Assembly: GCA_005888095.1 (NCBI GenBank)
Contig: VBKF01000140.1
Location: 4,602 to 68,601 of the forward strand
DNA from: Deltaproteobacteria bacterium
Lineage (GTDB): Bacteria; Desulfobacterota; Binatia; DP-6
Reading direction: 5' to 3'
DNA: 64,000 nt
A program made the translations under genes and the position numbers. The notes beneath the pieces are model-generated. The model was given only the letters and a program-made list of their open reading frames with translations. It searched no databases and was not told the DNA's origin. Of the stretch, positions 55,796-64,000 are shown in pieces; the first letter of the stretch is position 1; each line of letters starts with the position of its first letter.

Positions 55796-56536
55796 TCACC
55801 AGCTCCGTCCGGCGCCGCCGCCGCCGAAGCTGCCGCCGCCGAAGCCCCCGAAGCCGCCCCCGCCGCCGCCGAAGCCGCCCCCGAAGCCGCCGAAGGGGCC
55901 GACGGGGTAGAAGCCGCCGCGCCGGAAGCGGGCCGGGCCGGTGGACGCCTGATATAGCACGAGCGCTGCGAAGGCGAGGATGATGAGGAGCAGGACCCAG
56001 CCCGGGAGCGGGGCCGGGGCCGGAGCACGCGGCCGCGGGGTCCCGGTGAGGACGACGCCGCGCGCGTCGGCGATGCGCGTGGCCAGCGCGGCGACGCCCC
56101 GCCACACGCCCTCGTCGATGCGGCCGGCGCGGAAGGCGGGCATGACCTCTCGATCCTCGATCTCGCCGACGAGGCCGTCGGGCAGGATGCCCTCGAGGCC
56201 GTAGCCGACCAGGATGCGGAGCTTGCGGTCGCGGGTGGCGACGAGGAAGACGACGCCGGTGTCCTCTCGCTTTCGCCCGGGCTTCCAGGCGTCGGCGATG
56301 CGCATGGCGTAGGTGAAGTCGTCGAGGGGCGCCGTCGTGTCGACGGCGACGACGGCGATCTCGGCGCCCGTCTTGTCGCGCAGCTCCTCGTTCAGGCGCT
56401 CGATCCGTGCCCGGACGTCGGGGCGGATGACGTGCGGGAGGTCGGTCACGTAGCCCCGCGGCACGGGCACCGGCGGCTCGGCCGCGCGCGCCGCCGTGAC
56501 GAGCGCCAGGGCGAGGAGCGCGACGAGGCTATGCAT
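55796..56536 (-). CDS. TPM-domain (YgcG-like) protein with Gly-rich C-terminal tail
   Basis: Signal peptide, TPM phosphatase-like domain (GYVTDL…EIAVVAV…VVFLVATRDRKLRI), a transmembrane helix and a FGGGFGGGGG tail; canonical LemA partner. Confidence 0.75.
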   Translation of the reverse strand: MHSLVALLALALVTAARAAEPPVPVPRGYVTDLPHVIRPDVRARIERLNEELRDKTGAEIAVVAVDTTAPLDDFTYAMRIADAWKPGRKREDTGVVFLVATRDRKLRILVGYGLEGILPDGLVGEIEDREVMPAFRAGRIDEGVWRGVAALATRIADARGVVLTGTPRPRAPAPAPLPGWVLLLIILAFAALVLYQASTGPARFRRGGFYPVGPFGGFGGGFGGGGGGFGGFGGGSFGGGGAGRSW

Positions 56537-57257
56537 CGAGCGCGTCGAGGGCCGCGACGATGCGCTCGACCTCGGCGAGGTAGCCGCCGAACTCCGCGCG
56601 CAGCGCGGCGGCGCCGAGCCGGGCTTCGCCGGCGCGGTGGTCGAGGAGCCGCTGCATGACGGGGAGGGGTCCGAGGAGCCGCGCGCCGGCGGCCAGCACC
56701 TCGCCGTAGCCGTTCGCCTCCTCGGCGCCGCGCAGCTTGATGAGGTGCCTCAGCACGACGAGGAAGCTCTTCAGCGACTCCACCATGAGCTGCTCGAGCG
56801 CGGCCGGCCGTCCCGCCGCGTCGAGGAAGAGCGCGCGCAGCCGGAGAAGCTTGCCCCGGGCCTCGTGCTCGCACTGGCGTCTCAGCGCCGCGCGCTCCAC
56901 GACGACGGCTGCGAACGGGTCGGCACCGGCGAGCACGCGGTGCTGGCGGCGGATGTCGTCGAGCTCCATGGGGAAGGCGTCGCGCGCCGACTCGAGGTAC
57001 TCGCGATCGGCGACGAGCGGCAGGGCGAAACGCTTCTTGCGCCACCGGGCGATGACCGGGACGAGCGCCTCGAGCACGTCGGGCGTGACACGCGGCACGA
57101 CCACGGCGACGTTCAGGTCCGACCGGTGCGTCACCCAGTCGTCGCCCAATGCGCTGCCGTAGAGGACGAGCGACACGAGCCGGTCGCCGAGCGCTGCCTG
57201 GACGTCGCGAGTGAAGGCGGCGATCTGCGCCTCGACCGCCGCGTCGGGGCGAGGCAT
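56529..57257 (-). CDS. nucleotidyltransferase-domain protein (Pol-beta superfamily) with helical C-terminal domain
   Basis: LYGSALGDD...SDLNVAVVV (GS...D.D) minimal nucleotidyltransferase motif. Confidence 0.6.
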   Translation of the reverse strand: MPRPDAAVEAQIAAFTRDVQAALGDRLVSLVLYGSALGDDWVTHRSDLNVAVVVPRVTPDVLEALVPVIARWRKKRFALPLVADREYLESARDAFPMELDDIRRQHRVLAGADPFAAVVVERAALRRQCEHEARGKLLRLRALFLDAAGRPAALEQLMVESLKSFLVVLRHLIKLRGAEEANGYGEVLAAGARLLGPLPVMQRLLDHRAGEARLGAAALRAEFGGYLAEVERIVAALDALDA

Positions 57258-57340
57258 GCGCTGTCCTGATACTGGCGAGGGGCGGGCGCCGCAAGCGACG
57301 GTCTATTGACCGAGCGCGCGCGCCCCGTTAGGCGCCGCGC

Positions 57341-58051
57341 GTGGCGCTCGCCGAGGAGCTTCGTGAAGCCGTCGGCTCGCTCACGGTCTTCGGCCGCTCC
57401 GACGCCCGTGCGCGGCCGCAGACGCTTGCCGCGGCGCTCGCGTTCTATCCGGCCGTCGGCCTGCTGCTCGGCCTGGTGGCGAGCGGCGTCGCCTGGGCGG
57501 TGGATCAGGGCTGCCCGGGGTTCGCCGGAGCGGCCGGTGTCCTCGTCCTTGCCGCGCTGAGCGGCGCCCGCGTCTCGCGTGCCCTCGCGGCAGCGGGTGC
57601 GCTCGGCCTCTCGACGGCGGGGCTCGCGTTCGCGGCCAAGCTGTGGTCGGTCACGGGGCTTCCGGCGCCGGCGCGCACCGCGGCGCTTCTCCTTGCCCCG
57701 ATGCTCGGCCGCTGGGCGATCGCCGTCCAGTGCTACGGGGGTATGCCCGCCGCGGCCTCCGGGCCTGCGGCGCTCGCGGGCCGAGCACGGTTCCGCGAGT
57801 TCGGCATCGCGAGCGTGACCGCCTTCGCCGTGACGCTCGCCGTCGCCGACGCGGCGGGGCTGCTCGTCCTGGTCGCCGCGGCGCTCGCAACGGTGGCGCT
57901 GCGCGTCTACGCATACCGCGGTGCCGGCAGGATGACGGAGCGGCTGCTCGCCGCGGCCGCAGAGCTCGTCGAGACGGTGGTGATGGTCGCCTTCGCGCTG
58001 CTCGCCTCGCCGCACGAGCCGGGCGCGGCCCTGGCCCGCGGGCCATCTTGA
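57341..58051 (+). CDS. polytopic membrane protein, possibly CobS-like (adenosylcobinamide-GDP ribazoletransferase); weak
   Basis: GTG start; PAVGLLLGLVASG resembles the CobS FPLIGLLLG region; ~6 transmembrane segments. Confidence 0.35.
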   Translation: MALAEELREAVGSLTVFGRSDARARPQTLAAALAFYPAVGLLLGLVASGVAWAVDQGCPGFAGAAGVLVLAALSGARVSRALAAAGALGLSTAGLAFAAKLWSVTGLPAPARTAALLLAPMLGRWAIAVQCYGGMPAAASGPAALAGRARFREFGIASVTAFAVTLAVADAAGLLVLVAAALATVALRVYAYRGAGRMTERLLAAAAELVETVVMVAFALLASPHEPGAALARGPS

Positions 58052-58087
58052 CATGGCGCCGGTTCGCGACCATCCCCAGCACGACGG

Positions 58088-58708
58088 ATGGGCTTCTACG
58101 CGGACCACATCTTCCCGCGCCTCATGGACTGGACCCTTCGGGGCCCGGTGCACCAGGCCGAGCGGGAGAAGGCTCTCGAGTCCGTCCGCGGTGAGGTGCT
58201 GGAGGTGGGGTTCGGCACCGGGCTGAACCTCCGGCACTATCCGCCCGGCGTGACCCGGCTCACGGCCATCGACGTCGCGAAGATGCTCGAGCTCCGGGTC
58301 GCGCGGCGCATCGCCGCGGCGCCGTTTCCTGTCGAGCGCGCGCGGCTCAGCGGCGATGAGCTACCGTTTCCCGATGACCGGTTCGATTGCGTGGTGACGA
58401 CGTTGACCCTCTGCAGCATCAGGGACCCGGTCGCGGCGTTGCGTCAGATCCGCCGCGTCCTGAAACCCGAGGGGACGTACGTGTTCCTCGAGCACGGACG
58501 CAGCGACGACGAGCGCGTTGCCCGCCGCCAGGACTTCTTCAACCCCCTCCAGCGACGGGTTGCGTGCGGCTGCAACATCAACCGCCGGATCGACGCGCTC
58601 ATTCGCGAGGCCGGTCTCGAGGTCCGGAGCCTCGAGCGCTACGTCCTCCGGGGTAATCCCCGGATCATGGCGGAGATGTACCGGGGGACTGCCGGGCGGA
58701 TGGAGTGA
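58088..58708 (+). CDS. class I SAM-dependent methyltransferase
   Basis: VLEVGFGTG motif I, ...DCVV... motif II, LKPEGTYVFLEH motif. Confidence 0.75.
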   Translation: MGFYADHIFPRLMDWTLRGPVHQAEREKALESVRGEVLEVGFGTGLNLRHYPPGVTRLTAIDVAKMLELRVARRIAAAPFPVERARLSGDELPFPDDRFDCVVTTLTLCSIRDPVAALRQIRRVLKPEGTYVFLEHGRSDDERVARRQDFFNPLQRRVACGCNINRRIDALIREAGLEVRSLERYVLRGNPRIMAEMYRGTAGRME

Positions 58709-60057
58709 TGAGCCTCGAAGAGCTGTCCAAGTGGAGCGGCGAGTCGACGGAGCACCTCCTCGAGTGGCGGTCGCTCGGGCTCGTGGGCGGCGGTCGCGAC
58801 GACTTCGGCCCCGAGGATGTCGAACGCGCGCGGCTCATTCGCTTCCTCTTGCGCCGCGGGATCCGTCTCGAGGCGATCGTGAAGGTCGACCGTGAGCAGG
58901 ACCTCCTCGCCTCCCACGTAAGGGCCGCCTTCGCGTCCGGGGTGGGGCGGTCGTACTCCCTGGAGGAAGCGGTCGGCATCGTCAGACTGGACCTCGCGAC
59001 AGTCCGGAGGTTCTGGCGGTCGATGAGCTTCGGCGCGCAGGGCGAGCGGCTCTACGAGGAGGACGTGCAGGCGCTGAAGACGTTGAAGGTCGCGCTCGAC
59101 GCGGGGTTTCCGGAGGAGGCCCTGCTGCAGCTGGTACGCGTCTACGCCGACGCCCTCGGGCGCGTCGCGGAGGCAGAGGTCCGCCTCTTTCACTTCTACG
59201 TCCACGAGCGGCTGAAGGCGGGGGGACTCGCGGGCCGGGAGCTCATCGAGGCCACCGACGCGTCGGGCGACCGCATGAGACCGATCATCGAGCCCGTGCT
59301 GCTGTACTTTCACCAGAAAGGAATGGAGCAGGCGGCGAGGGAAGACGTCCTCCTGCACTGGCAAGAGGAGGCGGGCCTCGAGGGCACGGCGGAAGTGCCG
59401 GCGCAGCTGCGGGCAGCGGTGTTCTTCGTCGATCTCTCCAGCTTCACGCCGCTCGCCGAGGCGATGGGCGACGCGGCCGCGGCGGAGGTGCTTGCCCGCT
59501 TCTCGCAGCTCGTGCGGGAAGCGGTGAGCCGCTGCGAAGGACGTGTCATCAAACAGATCGGGGATGCCTTCATGCTGGTGTTCTCGGACGCACGCGCCGC
59601 AGTCACCTGCGCGCTCGAGATCGAGCAGCGGACGGCGCAGGAGCCCCAGTTCCCAGCCGCGAGGAGCGGCGGTCATTATGGCCCGGTGCTCTACCGCGAG
59701 GGCGATTACCTCGGCGTCACCGTGAACGTCGCGGCGCGCCTGGCCGACGAGGCGGGCCGTCATCAGGTGCTGGTGAGCGAAGCGCTCAGGCGGGAGGCCG
59801 CCGGCGCGCCGGACGTGGAGTTCGTGCCGCTCGGCAGGCGGCGTCTGAAGGGCGTAGCCGACGAGGTCGAGCTCTTCGAGGCCGTGCGCCGTACGGAGGC
59901 CGGGGCAGGCCGGCGCCAGGTCGATCCCGTGTGCGGCATGGAGCTCGGCCCGGGAGAGTCGGCGGCGAGGCTCGTGTTCGACGGGCGCGAGCAGGTGTTC
60001 TGCTCGCAGGGGTGCCTGCAGCGCTTCGTCGCGACGCCGGAGCGATACGGGGGATGA
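58705..60057 (+). CDS. MerR-type HTH / class III nucleotide cyclase / YHS(TRASH)-like metal-binding domain fusion protein
   Basis: N-terminal MSLEELSKWSGESTEHLLEWRSLGLV (MerR-like HTH); cyclase core AAVFFVDLSSFTP…IGDAFMLVF; C-terminal DPVCGMELG…FCSQGC. Confidence 0.7.
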   Translation: MMSLEELSKWSGESTEHLLEWRSLGLVGGGRDDFGPEDVERARLIRFLLRRGIRLEAIVKVDREQDLLASHVRAAFASGVGRSYSLEEAVGIVRLDLATVRRFWRSMSFGAQGERLYEEDVQALKTLKVALDAGFPEEALLQLVRVYADALGRVAEAEVRLFHFYVHERLKAGGLAGRELIEATDASGDRMRPIIEPVLLYFHQKGMEQAAREDVLLHWQEEAGLEGTAEVPAQLRAAVFFVDLSSFTPLAEAMGDAAAAEVLARFSQLVREAVSRCEGRVIKQIGDAFMLVFSDARAAVTCALEIEQRTAQEPQFPAARSGGHYGPVLYREGDYLGVTVNVAARLADEAGRHQVLVSEALRREAAGAPDVEFVPLGRRRLKGVADEVELFEAVRRTEAGAGRRQVDPVCGMELGPGESAARLVFDGREQVFCSQGCLQRFVATPERYGG

Positions 60058-60174
60058 GCCCGGCGGCGCTACGGGATTTCCCGCGCTCCCGACGTTCTAC
60101 CTGCTCGCGCACCAACGGACGAGGGTCTAGCGCACCCACTGGGTTCATCGCGCGGCGGGTGGTACAGCGGGCGC

Positions 60175-60942
60175 ATGCTGACGCTCTACGACGACGTGTT
60201 CAGTCCCTACGCGAGGAAGGTGCGCATCGCGCTCTACGAGAAGGGCGTCGCCTTCGAGCGCGTGCGCGCGCTGCACGGCGACTGCAACCGGACCGACTTC
60301 CTCCACGTGAACCCCCGCGCGGAAGTGCCGGCGCTCGTCGACGGGGACATCCACCTCTACGACTCGACCGTCATCTGCGAGTACCTGGAGGATTGCTATC
60401 CCGCGCCGCCCATCTATCCGCGGGACCCGGCTGCGCGCGCGCAGTGCCGGCTTCTCGAGGACCTCGCGGACACGCAGCTCGACGGCGCGCTCTATGCGGT
60501 CGCCATCGTCGAGATGGGGCGAGGCGAAGCGCATCCGGCCATCCACGAGGCCACGGGACGAGACCTTCTTCGCCTCTACGACGAGCTGGAGCGCCGGGCG
60601 CGCGAGCCCTTCTTCTGCGGCGACTTCTCCGTCGCGGACATGGCGCTCGCGCCGCACCTCATGGCCGCGATGTTTCTCGGCTTCCCGCTCGACCCGTCAC
60701 GGCACCCGAAGGTCACGGCGTGGATGGACCGCGTGCAGGCGCGGCCCTCGGTCGCCCGCGACAACGCGGACGTGATGGAGACGCTACAACGGCTCCAAGC
60801 CGCGGGACAGCCGGGCTTCGACCCGTACCGGGTGCAGTGGAGAAGCGACCGGCTGGAGTGGGTGATGAAGAACGGCCTCGCCGAGTGGTTCATGGAGGAG
60901 GTGCGAGCCGGCCGCGTCTTCTTCCCGCTCTCGCTCGGGTAG
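60175..60942 (+). CDS. glutathione S-transferase family protein
   Basis: N-terminal thioredoxin-like LYDDVFSPYARKVRIAL…VPAL and a C-terminal GST helical domain. Confidence 0.7.
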   Translation: MLTLYDDVFSPYARKVRIALYEKGVAFERVRALHGDCNRTDFLHVNPRAEVPALVDGDIHLYDSTVICEYLEDCYPAPPIYPRDPAARAQCRLLEDLADTQLDGALYAVAIVEMGRGEAHPAIHEATGRDLLRLYDELERRAREPFFCGDFSVADMALAPHLMAAMFLGFPLDPSRHPKVTAWMDRVQARPSVARDNADVMETLQRLQAAGQPGFDPYRVQWRSDRLEWVMKNGLAEWFMEEVRAGRVFFPLSLG

Positions 60943-60945
60943 AGA

Positions 60946-61989
60946 GTGCCGCGCAGCGGGGCCGGGATGTACGGTCTTCTCCTCGCGCTCGTCTCCGCCG
61001 CGCTCTTCGGCGCTGCGACGCCGGCTGGCAAGGTGCTGCTGGCCGACTTCACCCCCTTTCAGCTCGCCGGGCTTCTCTACGTCGGGGCGGCGCTCGGTGT
61101 CGGTCCCATCGCCGCGCTCGACCGTCGGGCCACACCCGGGCTCGACCGCACGAACCGCATGCGTCTCGCGGGCGCGGTGTTGTTCGGTGGCATCGTGGGC
61201 CCGGTCCTCCTCCTCTTCGGGCTCCGATTCACGGCCGCGGGGTCCGTCGCCCTGCTGCTGAACTTCGAGATGGCGGCGACGGCGGTGCTCGGGGTGGCGC
61301 TCTTCGGCGAGCATCTCGGTGGGCGAGGGTGGCTCGGCGTGGCCGGCGTCGTCGCCGCCGGAGGCGTGCTCGCATGGGCGAGCGGATGGCCGGGAGCGGT
61401 CTCCGCGTCGTTGGTCGCGGGTGCGTGCGTCTGCTGGGGGCTCGACAACAACCTGACCGCGCTCATCGACGGCATGTCGCCGAGCCTGACCACGTTCGGG
61501 AAGGGCATCATCGCGGGCACGACGAATCTCCTCCTCGGCGCCTGGCTGGCTCCGCTCACCGCTCCGGCGTTCCACGTCGCGGTCGCGCTCGTCGTCGGCG
61601 CACTCTGCTACGGCGCGAGCATCGCGCTCTACATCACGGCCGCCCATCACGAGGGCGCCACGCGGACGCAGGCGGTCTTCGCGAGTGCGCCGTTCATCGG
61701 CGCCGCGTTGTCGTGGCTCGTGCTCGGGGAAACGCTGGAGGGGCCGTACCTTCTGGCGGGTAGTGTCTTCGTTTCGTCCGTCGCCCTGCTCCTGCTCGAC
61801 CGCCACGATCACTTCCATGCCCACGAGCCGCTCGCCCACGTCCACAGCCATCGGCACGACGACGGCCACCATCTCCACGAGCATCCGGGGCTGCCGGCGT
61901 CCGAGCGGCACTCGCACTGGCACGAGCATCAGCCGCTGGGGCACGTTCACCCGCACGGCTCGGACCTCCATCACCGACACGGACGGTGA
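60946..61989 (+). CDS. EamA/DMT-family transporter with His-rich C-terminal tail
   Basis: 10-transmembrane duplicated EamA topology; tail HDHFHAHEPLAHVHSHRHDDGHHLHEHPGLPASERHSHWHEHQPLGHVHPHGSDLHHRHG. Confidence 0.7.
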   Translation: MPRSGAGMYGLLLALVSAALFGAATPAGKVLLADFTPFQLAGLLYVGAALGVGPIAALDRRATPGLDRTNRMRLAGAVLFGGIVGPVLLLFGLRFTAAGSVALLLNFEMAATAVLGVALFGEHLGGRGWLGVAGVVAAGGVLAWASGWPGAVSASLVAGACVCWGLDNNLTALIDGMSPSLTTFGKGIIAGTTNLLLGAWLAPLTAPAFHVAVALVVGALCYGASIALYITAAHHEGATRTQAVFASAPFIGAALSWLVLGETLEGPYLLAGSVFVSSVALLLLDRHDHFHAHEPLAHVHSHRHDDGHHLHEHPGLPASERHSHWHEHQPLGHVHPHGSDLHHRHGR

Positions 61990-62052
61990 GACGCCGGGCT
62001 CATCACACGCAGTGCTGCATGAATCTGCCCTCGACGCCTCGCAGACACCGGG

Positions 62053-63468
62053 TCAGTTGGTGACGTTGACCAGCGTCATCATCCCTGACTCGGCGTGCTC
62101 CAAGACGTGGCAGTGCAGCATCCATGTCCCGCGGTCCTGCGGGACCAGCCCAACGTCCACCGTCTCCTTCGCATGCAGGAGGACGGTATCGCGCCAGAAA
62201 GGCTCCTCGACGCGTTCGCCGTTGCGGGCGAGCACCTTGAAGAACTGCCCGTGGATGTGCATCGGGTGCAGCCGGAACGAGTCGTTCGCGAAGCGAAGCT
62301 TGCTCCACTCGCCGTACGGCAGGGTTTGCATGTTCCGCGGCCGTGCCCCGTGGTCCGCGTGGTCGTAGGCCTCACCGTTGATCGTCCACTGGATGCCGAA
62401 CGGGCCGCCCGCGCGTGCGTCGAGCCGATACTCGGCGCGGGTGGCGAGCTCCCGCGTGTTCCCCCACGCGGGCACGTGTGCGCGCGCCGGCGAAGCGAAG
62501 TCCGGCGTAGCGACGACCGCGTCGGTCACGACGATCTCGGCGAGGGGGATGGGCTGCTGGGTGAAGCGGTCTACCACCACGACGCGTTGCCCGCCCCGGT
62601 TGGCGGCAACGGTGATGTCGAGATCCAGCCGGTTGCCCGGTGCTAACTCGAATCCGACGGGGTCAATCGGCCGCGCCGCGTACATGCCGTCGACGGCGAT
62701 CACCTTGGCGTCGAGCCCAGAGAGGTCCGGTCTGAAGACGCGACCGTTGGCGACATTCAGCAGCCGGAGCCGGATCCGTTCGCCGGCCTTGACGAAGAGC
62801 TGCTCGCGGGTCCGGCCATTCACCGTGACGACGTTGCCCCAGCGGCCGTCGTGGGCGAGGTCGTGGCGGGTGTTGAACTGCGGGAAGATTTCACCCTCCG
62901 ATGTCAGCAGCCAGTCGTCGAGCACCCACATCACGTCCTGCGAGTAGGGCCGCGGTTCGACATCCTCGACGACGAGCACCCCGAACAGCCCCCGCTCGAC
63001 CTGCTCGCTGGCTCTCACGTGGGGATGGAACCAAAACGTCCCAGCATCCTTCGGGGTGAACTCGTAGACGAACGTCTCGCCCGGTTGGACGGCAGGCTGC
63101 GTCACGCCCGGTACCCCGTCCATGGCGTTCGGCACACGCACCCCGTGCCAGTGGATCGTCGTGGGTTGAGGAAGCCGGTTGGTCAGCGTCGCCCGGACGG
63201 TCTCGCCAAGCCGAACACGAAGCACGGGTCCCGGGACCTGTCCGTTGTAGGCCCACACCTGGAGTGGCCGGCCGTCAAACAGCGTGACGGTGGCCGGGGC
63301 GGCCGTCAGCGAAAACTCGCGGGTAACGCCAACGGGAGTGGCATCGGCGGGGTAGGAGCCCGCGAACTCCCGTAGCTCTGGCGAGCTCCTGCACGATACC
63401 AGCGCTCCGAAGACGGCCGCGCCGCCGACTGCAACGAGGCAGACGCGCGGAGTTCCGACGGTTCCCAT
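62053..63468 (-). CDS. multicopper oxidase
   Basis: Copper-site motifs HWHG (type 2/3), HPMHIHG and HCHVLEHAESGM (type 1/3); start trimmed to the ATG at 63468. Confidence 0.8.
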   Translation of the reverse strand: MGTVGTPRVCLVAVGGAAVFGALVSCRSSPELREFAGSYPADATPVGVTREFSLTAAPATVTLFDGRPLQVWAYNGQVPGPVLRVRLGETVRATLTNRLPQPTTIHWHGVRVPNAMDGVPGVTQPAVQPGETFVYEFTPKDAGTFWFHPHVRASEQVERGLFGVLVVEDVEPRPYSQDVMWVLDDWLLTSEGEIFPQFNTRHDLAHDGRWGNVVTVNGRTREQLFVKAGERIRLRLLNVANGRVFRPDLSGLDAKVIAVDGMYAARPIDPVGFELAPGNRLDLDITVAANRGGQRVVVVDRFTQQPIPLAEIVVTDAVVATPDFASPARAHVPAWGNTRELATRAEYRLDARAGGPFGIQWTINGEAYDHADHGARPRNMQTLPYGEWSKLRFANDSFRLHPMHIHGQFFKVLARNGERVEEPFWRDTVLLHAKETVDVGLVPQDRGTWMLHCHVLEHAESGMMTLVNVTN

Positions 63469-63691
63469 CTGGGGCCGGGGTAGCAGTCGGCGGCTCGAGA
63501 GACAAACGTGGCTCCCGACCTGAACCCGCAAGAGGAACGGCGCAGCTGGAACGCCCTCCGCGCCAGCGCCTCACGGGGTCGCGTAGCCCGCGTGCGCATG
63601 AGGTCGACGGCGGTTGTGCCAGCGGTGCAGCCCGAGAGCGCGACGGCCAATGTGCTAGTATCGGAATGATCCCAAGCCGACGGGGATGGGT

Positions 63692-64000
63692 TCACTCTCC
63701 GAACGACCTCGGCAACAGCTCGCCCGCCTCCCGCATGGCCGTGATGATCGCGCGCTGCCGCGGTGTCCACGCGCCCCGCATGGCGCGCGCTTCCTGGACG
63801 AGCATCCGTTCCTGGTCGTAGTCCTCCTTGGCGACGTGGAAGGTCTTCATGTTCGCCTGGCGACCGCTGTAGTCGAGCGGACGAGGCAGGTCCGGGCCGG
63901 TGTAGCGGTACGCCAGGTTGTCGGCATACGCGATCTTGTTGGCGAGCATGTCGAGCGCGGGGACGAGCTCGCGCGGTCGTCCCTCGGCATCGGCGCGCAG
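63692..64000 (-). CDS. partial hypothetical CDS (C-terminal part; gene starts beyond window end)
   Basis: Protein-like frame (…LANKIAYADNLAYRYTGPDLPRPLDYSGRQANMKTFHVAKEDYDQERMLVQEARAMRGAW…) continuing to the window edge. Confidence 0.4.
   Translation of the reverse strand: MRADAEGRPRELVPALDMLANKIAYADNLAYRYTGPDLPRPLDYSGRQANMKTFHVAKEDYDQERMLVQEARAMRGAWTPRQRAIITAMREAGELLPRSFGE

Noticed and set aside
57258-57340. Cobalamin riboswitch upstream of the CobS-like gene
   Set aside because: The leader is only ~80 nt and lacks a recognisable B12-box; it is too short for the ~200-nt aptamer.

Overview
High-GC (about 70%) bacterial chromosomal segment, densely packed with genes that often overlap by 1 to 4 nt (ATGA, GTGA, TGATG). 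The codon and composition style is compatible with Myxococcota or a similar high-GC lineage; this is an inference, with no database search possible. The six-frame track is full of long arginine-rich antisense ORFs that I treat as artefacts. Supported content, left to right: a secreted alpha/beta-hydrolase; a Phd/ParE toxin-antitoxin pair; a tightly coupled alr-purH-purD-purE-tsaC-DUF1015 block; a thyX-DUF309-MoxR(CoxD-like)-small membrane protein-VWA(CoxE-like)-Rieske cluster; a minus-strand TolB-like/M48/lipoprotein/rlmD operon; GNAT plus a giant NAD-glutamate dehydrogenase; an MBL hydrolase; a NUDIX/M23/hypothetical operon; thiI; a DciA-like gene; B12-dependent class II ribonucleotide reductase nrdJ with an NrdR-box-like palindrome; a GcvH-like gene whose lipoyl-lysine is replaced by arginine; ftsB; a 30-aa lysine-rich micro-ORF with a near-consensus promoter and strong terminator; PAPS-reductase and thiolase genes; a low-GC islet flanked by about 180-bp direct repeats next to a patatin-like phospholipase; an AmgK/MurU-like pair; a nuoA-C-D-E-H-J-K-L-M-N cluster lacking B/F/G/I with a 3x23-bp tandem repeat at the nuoC/nuoD junction; an IS200-like Y1 transposase-like gene; panE, arsC, LemA/TPM; and a metal-related locus (MerR-HTH/nucleotide cyclase/YHS fusion, GST, His-tailed DMT transporter, multicopper oxidase). 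The best candidates for undescribed biology are the repeat-flanked low-GC islet, the lysine-rich micro-protein, the cysteine-rich frame with no start codon, the Fe-S-subunit-less nuo cluster with its junction repeat, the non-lipoylatable GcvH paralogue and the MerR-cyclase-YHS fusion.
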